Shown piece after piece: positions 29,761-39,922 of a stretch of DNA of 64,000 nt. Source of the stretch: Bacteroidota bacterium (GTDB taxonomy: Bacteria > Bacteroidota > Ignavibacteria > UBA10030 > UBA8401); NCBI GenBank assembly GCA_030679145.1, contig JAUXTU010000047.1, positions 12,018 through 76,017 of the forward strand, in the 5' to 3' direction. Every line of letters begins with the position of its first letter. Position 1 is the first letter of the stretch. The notes below the pieces were generated by a model. The model saw nothing but the letters and a program-made list of their open reading frames with translations. It did no database searches and had not been told where the DNA came from. The position numbers and the translations under genes are program-made.

Positions 29761-29830
29761 GTATCCGCACGCTTTATGCGTGCGTTAAAAATAATCGATC
29801 GTTTCCCGCAACCATAAAGGTTGCGGATAC
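29761..29830. repeat. REP/REPIN-like paired palindromes
   Basis: GTATCCGCACGCTTTATGCGTGCG ... CGCAACCATAAAGGTTGCGGATAC: two hairpins in inverted orientation with GTAT/ATAC ends. Confidence 0.65.
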
Positions 29831-30020
29831 TATGATTCTGAAGTTTTTAAGATGACTCCTTAAAATAAAACACTCTCTATGTACAATATGAAAATTTTTT
29901 CCGGTTTGCTACAATCATCAAGGTTATCCATCAGCCATTAACTTATTGGAACTTTGCAACCAGCCAAGCGTCTAACTTTTCAAATGACCCCAAATCATTT
30001 ACATCCAAAAAGGAGGCGTT

Positions 30021-30935
30021 ATGAAATCACGGTTAGTAATTGTTGCTTTACTGCTTGTTGCCAGCGCACTAAGCTTTGCTGACAATGGAGACAAACAAAT
30101 AAGGACAAAGTCCAAAAAACAGGGATGGCTCGGAGTCGGCATCCAAGATGTTACTCCAAAATTCGCAAGGGAAAATGAATTGAAAATTAAAGAAGGTGCA
30201 TACATCAACGAAGTTGTTGACGAGAGTCCGGCTGATTCTGCAGGATTAAAGAAAGGTGATGTTGTTGTTGATTTTAACAGCAAAAAAATTGAAACGTCCG
30301 AAGATCTTAGCAATGCAGTCCGCGAAACAAAACCGGGAACAAAAGCCACAGTAAAGATCAACCGAAATGGCGAAAGTAAATCCATCTCTGTGAATATTGG
30401 TAAAAACAAAATACGAATGCCATTTGCGCTGAATGTTCCACGCGCACCACGTGTTGTTGTAAATATGTTTGGCGGTGATATTGAAGGAATGGATCTAATG
30501 GAACTGAACAAACAACTTGCAGAATATTTTGAAGCTCCGAATGCCAAAGGCGTTCTTGTGAAAGAAGTAGAGAAGGATGAAAACGCCGCAACCGCTGGAA
30601 TTAAAGCGGGTGACGTGATTACAAAAGTGGGTGATGAAGTAATCAAAGATATTGGCGATGTTCGTGATGCAATTGCAGATCTTGAAGAAGGTGATAAAGT
30701 GAATATTGAACTTATCCGTAAAGGGAAAAAGACAACCGTTTCGTTGGAGATTTCCGAAAATGAAATGGGTGACGATATGTTTTGGAGAGGAGAATCACCG
30801 GAACATTTCAATTTCCATTTTGAACCGCAGATGGAAATGAGGCACAAAGAACTGCAAGAAAAAATGAAAGAATTACCACAAAGACAGATTGAACTTCGCA
30901 GACTTGAATCTAAATTGCGTTCCTCGGAAGTATAA
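30021..30935 (+). CDS. Secreted tandem-PDZ protein (no protease domain)
   Basis: Signal peptide; GWLGVGIQD..SPADSAGLKKGDVV and GVLVKEV..AGIKAGDVI; AGGAGG RBS. Confidence 0.88.
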   Translation: MKSRLVIVALLLVASALSFADNGDKQIRTKSKKQGWLGVGIQDVTPKFARENELKIKEGAYINEVVDESPADSAGLKKGDVVVDFNSKKIETSEDLSNAVRETKPGTKATVKINRNGESKSISVNIGKNKIRMPFALNVPRAPRVVVNMFGGDIEGMDLMELNKQLAEYFEAPNAKGVLVKEVEKDENAATAGIKAGDVITKVGDEVIKDIGDVRDAIADLEEGDKVNIELIRKGKKTTVSLEISENEMGDDMFWRGESPEHFNFHFEPQMEMRHKELQEKMKELPQRQIELRRLESKLRSSEV

Positions 30936-30964
30936 ACAATTGTAGTGTGGGGTGAAGTTGGGTG

Positions 30965-30995
30965 AACGGCGGCGAAGAGCCGCCGTTTGTGTTTT
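30965..30995 (+). terminator. Rho-independent terminator
   Basis: AACGGCGGC-GAAGA-GCCGCCGTT followed by TGTGTTTT. Confidence 0.75.
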
Positions 30996-31147
30996 AAAGA
31001 TTTCTATGACGATTTCTAAATCTCTTTAGAATCAAAGCAATCAATACGCTTGATTACTTCATCAAAAATCATAATGAGTTTTAAGGGTTTCTCGTATTTA
31101 AGAACGTTATCTTTTTTGGGAGTTTGGTGTTAGTTGTTTTTTCATAA

Positions 31148-31861
31148 TTAGAATGCGTTATTAAATTTTGGATAAGACGAATGTTGCTCTGAATTTGGTT
31201 TACAGTAAAAGCAAAACGTTGTAAAGTGTCTTATATCGTTGCCATCATAGTAGCTTATGATTCCTAAAAAAATGAATTTTTTTTCTGTTTTGAACGGATC
31301 TTGAATAGACTCAAATTTTGGGAATGAAAATAAAGCGTAGTGTGGTAAGTTTGCCGGAAGCGATCTACTATAATCTTTATATGATTTTATTGAATCTCGT
31401 ACCTGAATTGAATCTTTTGTAGTAACGGAATCGATGCAGAGTTTTCCGTATACGATTAGTTTTAAGGCAAGTTTTTCAGAACTTTGAATCATTATCCTTA
31501 CCGTATATGCAGTGTCTGATTTTGCATTTACCTCAAGTCTTTCAATAGAAGCACCTACAAAGGGTGGGGATTTTGGTTTATATTTTTTAACGTTTTTTTC
31601 TATTGGTTGGATTTTAATTGTTTGAGATGTATTGGAATCAATGTCTATTACACCTTCTTGAAGGTTAGTTTTCTGTGTTGGGTTCTCTGATACCTCAAAA
31701 GTTTTTAACCAAGAGGTTGAAATAGAAATGGTAAAGAAAAAAAGAGAAATTCCTAAACATATCCAAGCAGATTTTTTATGAGAAGTCAAAACTATAACGC
31801 CAAAAATAGCGAGGAATATGCCACCGAGAATTACAGAAGTATCGAACAAAAATTGATACAT
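31148..31861 (-). CDS. Hypothetical membrane-anchored protein
   Basis: 237-aa ORF, two N-terminal TM helices, AT-rich; no recognised family. Confidence 0.55.
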   Translation of the reverse strand: MYQFLFDTSVILGGIFLAIFGVIVLTSHKKSAWICLGISLFFFTISISTSWLKTFEVSENPTQKTNLQEGVIDIDSNTSQTIKIQPIEKNVKKYKPKSPPFVGASIERLEVNAKSDTAYTVRIMIQSSEKLALKLIVYGKLCIDSVTTKDSIQVRDSIKSYKDYSRSLPANLPHYALFSFPKFESIQDPFKTEKKFIFLGIISYYDGNDIRHFTTFCFYCKPNSEQHSSYPKFNNAF

Positions 31862-32055
31862 GATATATTTGTTTATGCTCTCGGAATATTAACCGGAACA
31901 ATAATTGTTGTAATTATTGCAGTTAAGAATTTTGGACAAAATTCTTATATGTTGGTTTATCGTCAACAGGTTTAGCATCAAAAAAAAGCGTTCAGTGTCT
32001 TGAATATGCTTAGAATTAAAACGAAACTCAAATAAGAATCGGGAAGTATAAAAAG

Positions 32056-32086
32056 AAAAAAAGCGGACGAGATGTCCGCTTTTTTT
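32056..32086. terminator. Bidirectional-type terminator
   Basis: A7-GCGGAC-GAGAT-GTCCGC-T7. Confidence 0.75.
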
Positions 32087-32107
32087 CATAATAACAAATT
32101 TTATTTT

Positions 32108-32434
32108 TTACGTTTTCAAAATCTCTTTATACATTATTTCTGTGGCTTGAAGATCGTTCTCAAATTCCACAAGCTGGATCAAATCGAAGATGAGCGGACC
32201 GAACGCTTTGTCATGAAGATTTACGATCTCCATATGCTTTGGACATAATGTTACACCGTTATTATAGTATGGCTTTTCTTCACTATGTCCATTCTCTGTT
32301 TCAACCAAAAAGAGAACATCAATATTCATCGAACTGCCGCATCCGGGCCACTGGCACGACATCTTATCCCGCTTAAGTACATACTTGCGGACATCGTCGT
32401 TATGAGCAGGAGTATTTCGGTTTGGAGGAGGCAT
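32108..32434 (-). CDS. HNH-like zinc-binding protein (catalytic His apparently absent)
   Basis: VLKRD..CQWPGC...NGVTLCPKH; IDVLFL where xxHHI is typical. Confidence 0.6.
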   Translation of the reverse strand: MPPPNRNTPAHNDDVRKYVLKRDKMSCQWPGCGSSMNIDVLFLVETENGHSEEKPYYNNGVTLCPKHMEIVNLHDKAFGPLIFDLIQLVEFENDLQATEIMYKEILKT

Positions 32435-32544
32435 AATTTGTTGAAATTTTTACTGCAATATAGACTTTTTTACGGGGAAGGCAATAGACAAACAACACAA
32501 TTATAATAAACTTGTAACTGACTTTGCACGAAACGAGAAAATCG

Positions 32545-32655
32545 GTCATGGTGAGCAAGGCGCAGATTAAGATGGTTAAGCCATCCTTCGACGCATCCTT
32601 CAAAAAACGAAGGATTTGCTCAGGAAGACCGTTGGTTCTGCGCCGCGTCGAACCA
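32545..32655. repeat. Nested palindromic element (GTCATGGTGAGC...GTCGAACCA)
   Basis: The outer unit encloses GGCGCAGA/TCTGCGCC, which encloses CCTTCGAC..ATCCTTC/GAAGGAT..GCTCAGGAAGAC. Confidence 0.6.
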
Positions 32656-32698
32656 TTTTATTACAAAATAACATTTTGCGTAACAGCAATTCATAATG

Positions 32699-33616
32699 TT
32701 ATTTGTGCGTTACAACAACACGAAGAGATTTGGGAACAAGTGATATTTCGGTTTTTTTAACCTTCATCCCGAATATTTCTCCATCGCCGTGAACGGGGAA
32801 TGGCTCATTACATTCAACAACAAGCGAAGATGCATCAAAAATTTCAATGCACTTGTTACCAATATGTTTTCCGGTCATTACTGACGGAAGAACCGGCAGC
32901 ACTTTTAATATATTATCTCCTGTTACTCCGCATACTTCAAACATTCCGTCATCAGGCAATGCATTTGGAGTGAGCATAAATCCGCCCCCTTCCCATCTTC
33001 CATTTCCGACACACAGCAAGAAATAATTTTTTTTCCATTCTTTATTATTATACTTCACAGAAAAAAAATGTGGTCCGTACCCAACAAGTGTATGAAGTAA
33101 TGCTGCAAGATAAAGAGGAATACCACGCATCCAATGAATTGAACTTACTTTTTTTGCAACCGCTGCATCAAATCCAAGCCCGATGGAATTAAAGAATGAT
33201 CGTTCGGTTATACTTCCGTCGGAATGAGTGAGGCGAACAAATCCTGAATCGTATTGAACTATTTTATAGTTGTGAAGAAGAGAAAGTAATTGCGATGGGT
33301 TTTTCGGCGCATTGACAATTCGTGCAAAATCATTTCCCGATCCTTCACTTAAGACTGCCATTGCTGCATTTGTTCCAACAAGTCCGGAAGCAACTTCATT
33401 GACAGTTCCGTCTCCACCGATTGCAACGACAATTGATGAAGTTAAACTTGCAGTCCGTGCTAATGCGGTTGCTTCGCCGGGTGCCGTTGTAATGAAAAAG
33501 GAATAATTGAGATCAGAATGTTGAAGTTCTCGTTCTAACGCTGCACGTATGTGCTGAGCTTTTCCGCGTCCGGCTTTTGGGTTAAGAATAAAAGTGATAT
33601 GTCCTGCGTTCATCAT
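32699..33616 (-). CDS. Diacylglycerol-kinase-family lipid kinase (YegS/BmrU-like)
   Basis: NPKAGRG, GGDGTVNEV, GSGNDFA and HGDGE. Confidence 0.9.
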   Translation of the reverse strand: MMNAGHITFILNPKAGRGKAQHIRAALERELQHSDLNYSFFITTAPGEATALARTASLTSSIVVAIGGDGTVNEVASGLVGTNAAMAVLSEGSGNDFARIVNAPKNPSQLLSLLHNYKIVQYDSGFVRLTHSDGSITERSFFNSIGLGFDAAVAKKVSSIHWMRGIPLYLAALLHTLVGYGPHFFSVKYNNKEWKKNYFLLCVGNGRWEGGGFMLTPNALPDDGMFEVCGVTGDNILKVLPVLPSVMTGKHIGNKCIEIFDASSLVVECNEPFPVHGDGEIFGMKVKKTEISLVPKSLRVVVTHK

Positions 33617-34830
33617 TCGTATCGAAGCGCGTCAATGGGATTGAGTTGCGCCGCTTTACGAGCGGGATATAATCCGAAAAAAATTCCGATTGCAGCGGAA
33701 AACGTAAATGCCAGAAAAATAGAAGTTGTCGATACCATCGTTGTCCATCCTGCAAACGTTGAGATGAGATTGGAAGAAAGAACACCAAGCAGAACACCGA
33801 TGAGTCCGCCGAGCAGGCTGAGAACAACCGCTTCAATAAGGAATTGCATCATAATATTCTTTGCAGTTGCTCCGATTGCCATTCTGATCCCGATCTCTTT
33901 TGTTCGTTCTGTAACTGAAACGAGCATGATATTCATGATGCCAATTCCACCGACAATAAGTGAAATAGAAGCGATGGAAGCAAGTAGAATTGTAAGCACT
34001 TGTGATGTTGATTGGGCGGCAGTTGCAATTTCCGTTTGACTGCGTACGGTGAAATCATTCTCGTCCCACGGTTGAAGTTTATGACGAACTCGTAATAGTT
34101 CGGTGATCTGAGCTTGCGCATCCGCCATCGCATCTTCGCTCACGGCGGAGATCATAATATTACTCAGGAATGTCTGTCCTGTCATTTTTTTCTGAACAGT
34201 AGTATACGGGGCAATGATAATATCATCCTGATCAGAACCCTGTGCTGATTGTCCTTTCACTGAAAGAACACCTGTTATTTTAAACGGCATCTTCTTTATT
34301 CGAATCACTTGTCCGACCGGATCATTCCCTTTGAAAAGGTTATCGGCAATAGTTTGACCGATCACACAAACTTTTGTGGCCCCGCGAACATCAGCCTCGG
34401 TAAAATATTGACCGCTTGAAACGGACCAGCTTCTGATCGTAAAATATTCCGGCGTTGCTCCAATAATACTTGCTCTCCAATTCTGCTCCTGATATACAAT
34501 TTGTGCTCCATCGCGAACAGAAGGAGAAGCCAATGCAACAGAAGGACATTGAGTTTGAATTGCAACAAGATCTTCCGGTGAAAGTGAAGCAGATGTTCCG
34601 GTTCCGGACCGAACGCCCCCTTGATTGAACGATCCCGGAAAAACGAGAATGACATTTGTTCCAAGTGATGCGATCTGTGATTTTATATTTTCCTGCGCAC
34701 CGGTACCAACTGCCATCATTGCAATAACTGCACCAACACCAATAATAATACCGAGCATTGTTAAGAATGATCTGATCTTATTACGCGTCAGAGAGTTGAC
34801 CGCTATTTCAAAAACATCAAGTATACCCAT
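33613..34830 (-). CDS. MacB/FtsX-like ABC transporter permease
   Basis: RSFLTMLGIIIG, GGIGIMNIMLVSVTERTKEIGIR and PARKAAQLNPIDALRYE. Confidence 0.93.
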   Translation of the reverse strand: MGILDVFEIAVNSLTRNKIRSFLTMLGIIIGVGAVIAMMAVGTGAQENIKSQIASLGTNVILVFPGSFNQGGVRSGTGTSASLSPEDLVAIQTQCPSVALASPSVRDGAQIVYQEQNWRASIIGATPEYFTIRSWSVSSGQYFTEADVRGATKVCVIGQTIADNLFKGNDPVGQVIRIKKMPFKITGVLSVKGQSAQGSDQDDIIIAPYTTVQKKMTGQTFLSNIMISAVSEDAMADAQAQITELLRVRHKLQPWDENDFTVRSQTEIATAAQSTSQVLTILLASIASISLIVGGIGIMNIMLVSVTERTKEIGIRMAIGATAKNIMMQFLIEAVVLSLLGGLIGVLLGVLSSNLISTFAGWTTMVSTTSIFLAFTFSAAIGIFFGLYPARKAAQLNPIDALRYE

Positions 34831-34832
34831 AA

Positions 34833-36131
34833 TTAGAACCTGCGAGGCATTCCGCCTCCGCCTTGTTGCCGCTGTTGATTTAACGGTGAAGACGATTGTG
34901 AATTTTGTGTTTTCAATGCAATTGTTCCAACAATAATTTCCTGTCCTTCGTCTAGTTTTCCTCTCACAATTTCTGTGAATGTTCCGTCTGAAATTCCTGT
35001 CCGCACCATCAATGGAACCAATTTCTTTCGTTCATTCATGATCCAAACCCGTGTGATTCCTCGTGATGCCATTCTTCGTTGGATTGATTGTTGATCCATT
35101 CCGCCTCCGTTAGATCCCCCTTCACTCTGAATTCGTTCACTCCATTGTTTTCTTCTTTCTGCGCGAATGGAATCTTCCTTTACCTGCGATGAATCTTTTT
35201 GCTGTTCAATATATTCTTCCGGCGGATTGAATCGAAGTGCAACTGTCGGAACTTTCAGTACACCTTCTTTTTTTGTGACTTGAATCGTTACCGTTGCAGT
35301 CATCCCGGGCATTAATTTAAGGTCAGGATTTGGAACATCGATGATCACAACATAATTGACAACATTCTGTGAAACAACCGGTGATAAACGAACCTGCTGT
35401 ACCTTCCCTCGAAATGTTTGTTCAGGATAAGAATCAACAGTGAAGGTAACTTCTTGCTCTTCCTGCACTTTTCCAATATCGGCTTCGTCAACATTTGCCT
35501 GTACCTGCATTTTGGTCAGATCGTTTGCTATGGTGAACAATGTTGGCGCCGACAAACTTGCCGCTACTGTTTGTCCAACATCCACCGCACGCGAGATGAC
35601 GACTCCATCGATTGGAGATTTTATTGTCGCATAGCGAAGGTTGATTCGCGCACGTTCGACCTGTGCAACCGATTGTTTTTTTGCAGCATCGTTCGATTCG
35701 TATTGAGCAAGAGCTACATCATAGTCTGCCTGTGAAGCAAGATTTTTTTCAAGAAGTGTTTTCATTCGCCCGAAACTTCTTTTGGCTTCATTGTACTGTG
35801 CCGTAGCCCGTTGCAGACTTGCTTCAGCATCACGAACGCTCGCCTCCAAAAATGTCGGGTCGATCTGTGCAACGATCTGACCTTGTTTTACTTTGTCATT
35901 AAAATCGACATATAATTTTTGAAGAGTTCCAGAAACCTGAGAACCCACTTGAACGGTTCGGACAGCACTGACAGTTCCTGTTGCGGTCACTACAACTAAC
36001 ACATCGCCTCTTGCAACTTTTTCAATTCGAAATTGAACTTCTTCCGCGGTTGTTCTGAAATAAAAATAATATCCGGTAACACTAAAGAGAATGATTATTG
36101 AAGCAAATGAGATTAAAACTTTCTTTTTCAT
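34833..36131 (-). CDS. MacA/HlyD-like periplasmic adaptor subunit
   Basis: VGSQVSG, IKSPIDGVV..GQTVAASL, VDEADIG and LMPGMTA; start moved to MKKKVLI. Confidence 0.92.
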   Translation of the reverse strand: MKKKVLISFASIIILFSVTGYYFYFRTTAEEVQFRIEKVARGDVLVVVTATGTVSAVRTVQVGSQVSGTLQKLYVDFNDKVKQGQIVAQIDPTFLEASVRDAEASLQRATAQYNEAKRSFGRMKTLLEKNLASQADYDVALAQYESNDAAKKQSVAQVERARINLRYATIKSPIDGVVISRAVDVGQTVAASLSAPTLFTIANDLTKMQVQANVDEADIGKVQEEQEVTFTVDSYPEQTFRGKVQQVRLSPVVSQNVVNYVVIIDVPNPDLKLMPGMTATVTIQVTKKEGVLKVPTVALRFNPPEEYIEQQKDSSQVKEDSIRAERRKQWSERIQSEGGSNGGGMDQQSIQRRMASRGITRVWIMNERKKLVPLMVRTGISDGTFTEIVRGKLDEGQEIIVGTIALKTQNSQSSSPLNQQRQQGGGGMPRRF

Positions 36132-36233
36132 AACACCTATATAATTATTCGTTCCTCGTTTGACACAATTGTTGCAAAGTAGTTTAGTCAACCATTCTTA
36201 AAACACCAACTATTTTGAGATTCGTTCCGAAGT

Positions 36234-36268
36234 AAAACAATCGGGGTCGGAGTATTTCCGACCCCGAA
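36234..36268 (-). terminator. Terminator after maeB
   Basis: Minus strand TCGGGGTCGGA-loop-TCCGACCCCGA followed by TTGTTTT. Confidence 0.75.
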
Positions 36269-36275
36269 ATGGAAC

Positions 36276-38537
36276 TTATGATTTACGTTCTATTGCTTCA
36301 ACGGCACAAATTGCGGTCATATTAACGATATCCGTAACTTCAGCACCATGCTGCAATACGTGAACAGGTTTTGCCATTCCCATTAAAATCGGACCAATGA
36401 GTTCAGCTTCACCAATTCGTCCCATCAATCTGTATGCAACATTAGCCGCATTAAGATCAGGGAAAATCAAAATGTTAGCATTGCGTTTTAACGAACTGAA
36501 CGGATATTCTTTTTCCAAAATTTCAAGAGTGACCGCAACATCCGCCTGCATTTCTCCATCGATCATTAACGTCGGATCTTTTTTCTTTGCTATTTCCGTT
36601 GCAGTCCGAACTTTATCAGCTTGCGGATGTTTCGTGCTGCCGAAAGTACTGAATGATAACATTCCAACCCGCGGTTCGATATCAAACTGACGAACTGTTT
36701 CTGCGGACTGAAGCGCAATTTCAGCAAGTGTTTCTGCATCCGGATCGACATGCACAGTTGTGTCGGAGAAGAAATATGTTCCTTTCTTTGCGATAACCGC
36801 ATACATACCGGCAACACTCTTTACTCCGGGTTTCATTCCAATAATCTGTAATGCCGGGCGAATCGTATCCGCATACGTTGTAGTCAATCCGCCGATCACA
36901 CCATCGGCATATCCGAGACGAGCCATCATCATTGCAAAATTAAAACGTTGAATTATCATTTTGTTAGCGTAGAATTGGGTTACCCCTTTTCGCTGGCGAA
37001 GACGATAATATTCGTCGGCGAATTTTTTGTGGTCACCAAATGTTTTCGGATCGATGATCTCAACTTCCTCATCAAATTCAAGATGATTCTCTTTGATGAG
37101 ACGTTCTATTTTTTCTTTCGGTCCAATAAGAATTGGTTTCACCAGATTTTGATCGAGAAGAATCTGAACCGCACGAAGGATCTTCACTTCATCACCTTCC
37201 GGAAAAACAATACGCTGTGGTTTCTGCTGTGCTTTATGAATAATGAAGTTCATGAATTGTTTTGAACGTCCGAGGCGTTCTTCCAATTGATCGGCATATT
37301 TTTCCCAATCGGTGATCGGTGTTCTGGCAACGCCGGTTTCAACGGCAGCTTTCGCAACAGCCGGTGCAACCCATCGCAACACTCGCGGATCGAACGGTTT
37401 TGGAATAATGTAATCTTTTCCAAAACGAATCGGCGCTCCGCCATATGCTTTGATCACAGAATCAGGAACGTCCTCTTTTGCCAACTGTGCCAACGCCCGC
37501 GCTGCTGCAACTTTCATTTCTTCATTGATCGTTGTTGCACGAACATCCAATGCTCCGCGGAAGATGAACGGGAATCCGAGAACATTGTTCACTTGATTTT
37601 GATAATCAGAACGACCCGTTGCCATGATGACATCATTCCGAACACTGAATACATCTTCCGGTGTGATCTCAGGGTCGGGATTTGCCATTGCGAAAATGAT
37701 CGCGTTTGGAGCCATGGATTTGACCATTTCTTTTGTAATGCTCCCTTTTACGGAAAGACCAAAAACAACATCGGCACCATTCATGGCATCAGTAAGTGTT
37801 CGTGCAGGAGTATCAGCAACAAAATCTTCTTTGTACTTGTTCATATCATTAGTGCGTCCTTTGTACAACACTCCTTTGCTATCGCACATAATGACATTCT
37901 CTTTTTTCACACCGAGCAGAATGTGTAATTTTGCACACGCCATCGCTGAAGCACCTGCGCCATTATAAACAACTTTTACTTTTGCTATGCTCTTCCCGAT
38001 GATTTCAAGTGCATTCATTAATCCCGCAGCGGAAATAATTGCCGTTCCATGTTGATCATCATGAAATACTGGAATATTCATTGTTCTGCGTAATTCCTGT
38101 TCAATCTCAAAACATTCTGGCGCTTTGATATCTTCAAGATTGATTCCGCCAAACGTTGGTTCAAGAGCTTGAACAACTTTGATCACATCTTCAACTTTTG
38201 TAGGACGAATTTCAATATCAAATACATCGATATCAGCAAATTTTTTGAAGAGAACTGCTTTCCCTTCCATGACAGGTTTACCGGCTTCTGCTCCGATATT
38301 TCCCAGTCCGAGAACAGCAGTACCGTTACTGATCACTGCAACAAGATTTCCTTTTGCAGTGTATTTATAAACATCTTCAGGATTTTTGTGGATTTCCAGG
38401 CAAGGAACAGCTACGCCCGGTGTGTATGCAAGTGAAAGGTCACGTTGGGTGGCAAATGGTTTTGTCGGCGTGATCTCAAGTTTACCTTTGCGTCCGGAAC
38501 TGTGATATTCCAGCGCATCTTCTGGTCGAATTTTCAT
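36276..38537 (-). CDS. maeB: NADP-dependent malic enzyme with phosphotransacetylase domain
   Basis: [35 protein letters not shown] and a C-terminal PTA domain. Confidence 0.96.
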   Translation of the reverse strand: MKIRPEDALEYHSSGRKGKLEITPTKPFATQRDLSLAYTPGVAVPCLEIHKNPEDVYKYTAKGNLVAVISNGTAVLGLGNIGAEAGKPVMEGKAVLFKKFADIDVFDIEIRPTKVEDVIKVVQALEPTFGGINLEDIKAPECFEIEQELRRTMNIPVFHDDQHGTAIISAAGLMNALEIIGKSIAKVKVVYNGAGASAMACAKLHILLGVKKENVIMCDSKGVLYKGRTNDMNKYKEDFVADTPARTLTDAMNGADVVFGLSVKGSITKEMVKSMAPNAIIFAMANPDPEITPEDVFSVRNDVIMATGRSDYQNQVNNVLGFPFIFRGALDVRATTINEEMKVAAARALAQLAKEDVPDSVIKAYGGAPIRFGKDYIIPKPFDPRVLRWVAPAVAKAAVETGVARTPITDWEKYADQLEERLGRSKQFMNFIIHKAQQKPQRIVFPEGDEVKILRAVQILLDQNLVKPILIGPKEKIERLIKENHLEFDEEVEIIDPKTFGDHKKFADEYYRLRQRKGVTQFYANKMIIQRFNFAMMMARLGYADGVIGGLTTTYADTIRPALQIIGMKPGVKSVAGMYAVIAKKGTYFFSDTTVHVDPDAETLAEIALQSAETVRQFDIEPRVGMLSFSTFGSTKHPQADKVRTATEIAKKKDPTLMIDGEMQADVAVTLEILEKEYPFSSLKRNANILIFPDLNAANVAYRLMGRIGEAELIGPILMGMAKPVHVLQHGAEVTDIVNMTAICAVEAIERKS

Positions 38538-38672
38538 GAGAACCTCTTCAGTTTATAGAAATATTTTTTCTTTCTGTTGTTTATGTTGTTGTTTTTTTGA
38601 ACTGTACAAACAGCTCAACTCTTTTGAGCATTGGATTATCAGTATTCATAAATACTCAGAGAAGTTTTTTTA

Positions 38673-38754
38673 TGCCACAGATTACACTGATTTTCACAGA
38701 AAATTTTTATGCGAAGCATACATACACATAAATCGAATCTGTGAATCTGTGGCA
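38673..38754. repeat. Gene-less miniature inverted-repeat element related to the GxxExxY flanks
   Basis: TGCCACAGATT / AATCTGTGGCA ends; internal CACAGATTA-CACTGATTT-TCACAGA subunits. Confidence 0.6.
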
Positions 38755-38823
38755 ATAATTTTATATAGTGTCTTTGACGAAGAACTGTTTTCAAGAAAAA
38801 TAGATTGAGTAATTATCAATATT

Positions 38824-39477
38824 TTATCGTATTGGTATCCGTGCCTGCATTCGCCAGTCATTTGTCCCTTGCAGATTCGGACTTACTTCAAAATTATATA
38901 ATGCCGCATCTACATACGCATCAAGTATCGTCATCACATACGTTATTGCAAGATACCAACCAAATTCATTTCGCTGACGCTCATGAAACTTTCGAGTATC
39001 TAGATAATAGCTAATTTGCTTGCTTAGATCTTCTTTTGCAATTGCATTAGTGGTCGTATCATGGGCAATTAATGCTGTTTCATATTTTGTTCTAACTTCT
39101 CGGTATAGTTTGTTTTGGTTTTTGTAAACAGAATAAAAATAGTATCCTAATCCCCACACAACCGGAGCTTTCCAATATGACTCATTATAAATTTGACCCG
39201 CTCCCGGCAGGATCATCGTACTCAGCATTGCAATGGTCGTCGATTTTGGCGGAAGAACTGTCGTGTCAACCACACCAATCTGAGCAGCGATCAAAGAATC
39301 TTCGTTAAGATGTAATTTGGAAAGTGTATCGGGTTGATCGGAAAATTGAGTTTCTGCTTGGGAGATGAAAAAGATCGGGGTGCTAATCGGACGTTCATAT
39401 CTTGAAACGAACTGACCTGATGCTGTCACGCAAAAGATCAGTGAAAGCGAAAACGCATGTAAAAAATTTCGTACCAT
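38824..39477 (-). CDS. DUF5683-like protein
   Basis: KS...A.LS.ILPGAGQIYN..YWKAP..DAYVDA; usual position downstream of parB. Confidence 0.75.
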   Translation of the reverse strand: MVRNFLHAFSLSLIFCVTASGQFVSRYERPISTPIFFISQAETQFSDQPDTLSKLHLNEDSLIAAQIGVVDTTVLPPKSTTIAMLSTMILPGAGQIYNESYWKAPVVWGLGYYFYSVYKNQNKLYREVRTKYETALIAHDTTTNAIAKEDLSKQISYYLDTRKFHERQRNEFGWYLAITYVMTILDAYVDAALYNFEVSPNLQGTNDWRMQARIPIR

Positions 39478-39861
39478 TTATAATATGAGTGCAACAACTT
39501 CAATTTCAATCAACGCATCTTTAGGAAGACGAACAACTTCAACAGTGGAACGGGCAGGTGATGCATCCCCAAAATAATGCGCATACACCTCATTCATTGC
39601 AGAAAAATCATTGAAATTTTTCAGAAACACCGTGGTTTTTACCACGTGAGCACAATCAGTGTGTGACGCTGCCAGAATTGCTTTTAGATTCTCACATACT
39701 TGCTTTGTCTGTTCTTGAATAGTCGTTCCTACCATCACGCCGGATTTTGGATCAAGTGCAATTTGTCCTGCGGTGAACAATAATTGACCTTGAACGGCGA
39801 CCGCTTGATTATAAGGACCGATCGGTAAAGGTGCTTTATCTGTTTTAATAATTGTTTTCAT
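39478..39861 (-). CDS. ridA: RidA/YjgF enamine deaminase
   Basis: APLPIGPYNQA, VVKTTVFL and PARSTVEV..LP..IEIE. Confidence 0.92.
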   Translation of the reverse strand: MKTIIKTDKAPLPIGPYNQAVAVQGQLLFTAGQIALDPKSGVMVGTTIQEQTKQVCENLKAILAASHTDCAHVVKTTVFLKNFNDFSAMNEVYAHYFGDASPARSTVEVVRLPKDALIEIEVVALIL

Positions 39862-39922
39862 ATGGTGATTTTCCTTAGCATATCGTTCGTTAAAAACGAA
39901 CGGTATGCTTTCTTAAAAATTC

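Noticed and set aside
29999-30847. 282-aa minus-strand ORF
   Set aside because: Antisense to the PDZ gene, which has an RBS, signal peptide and terminator.
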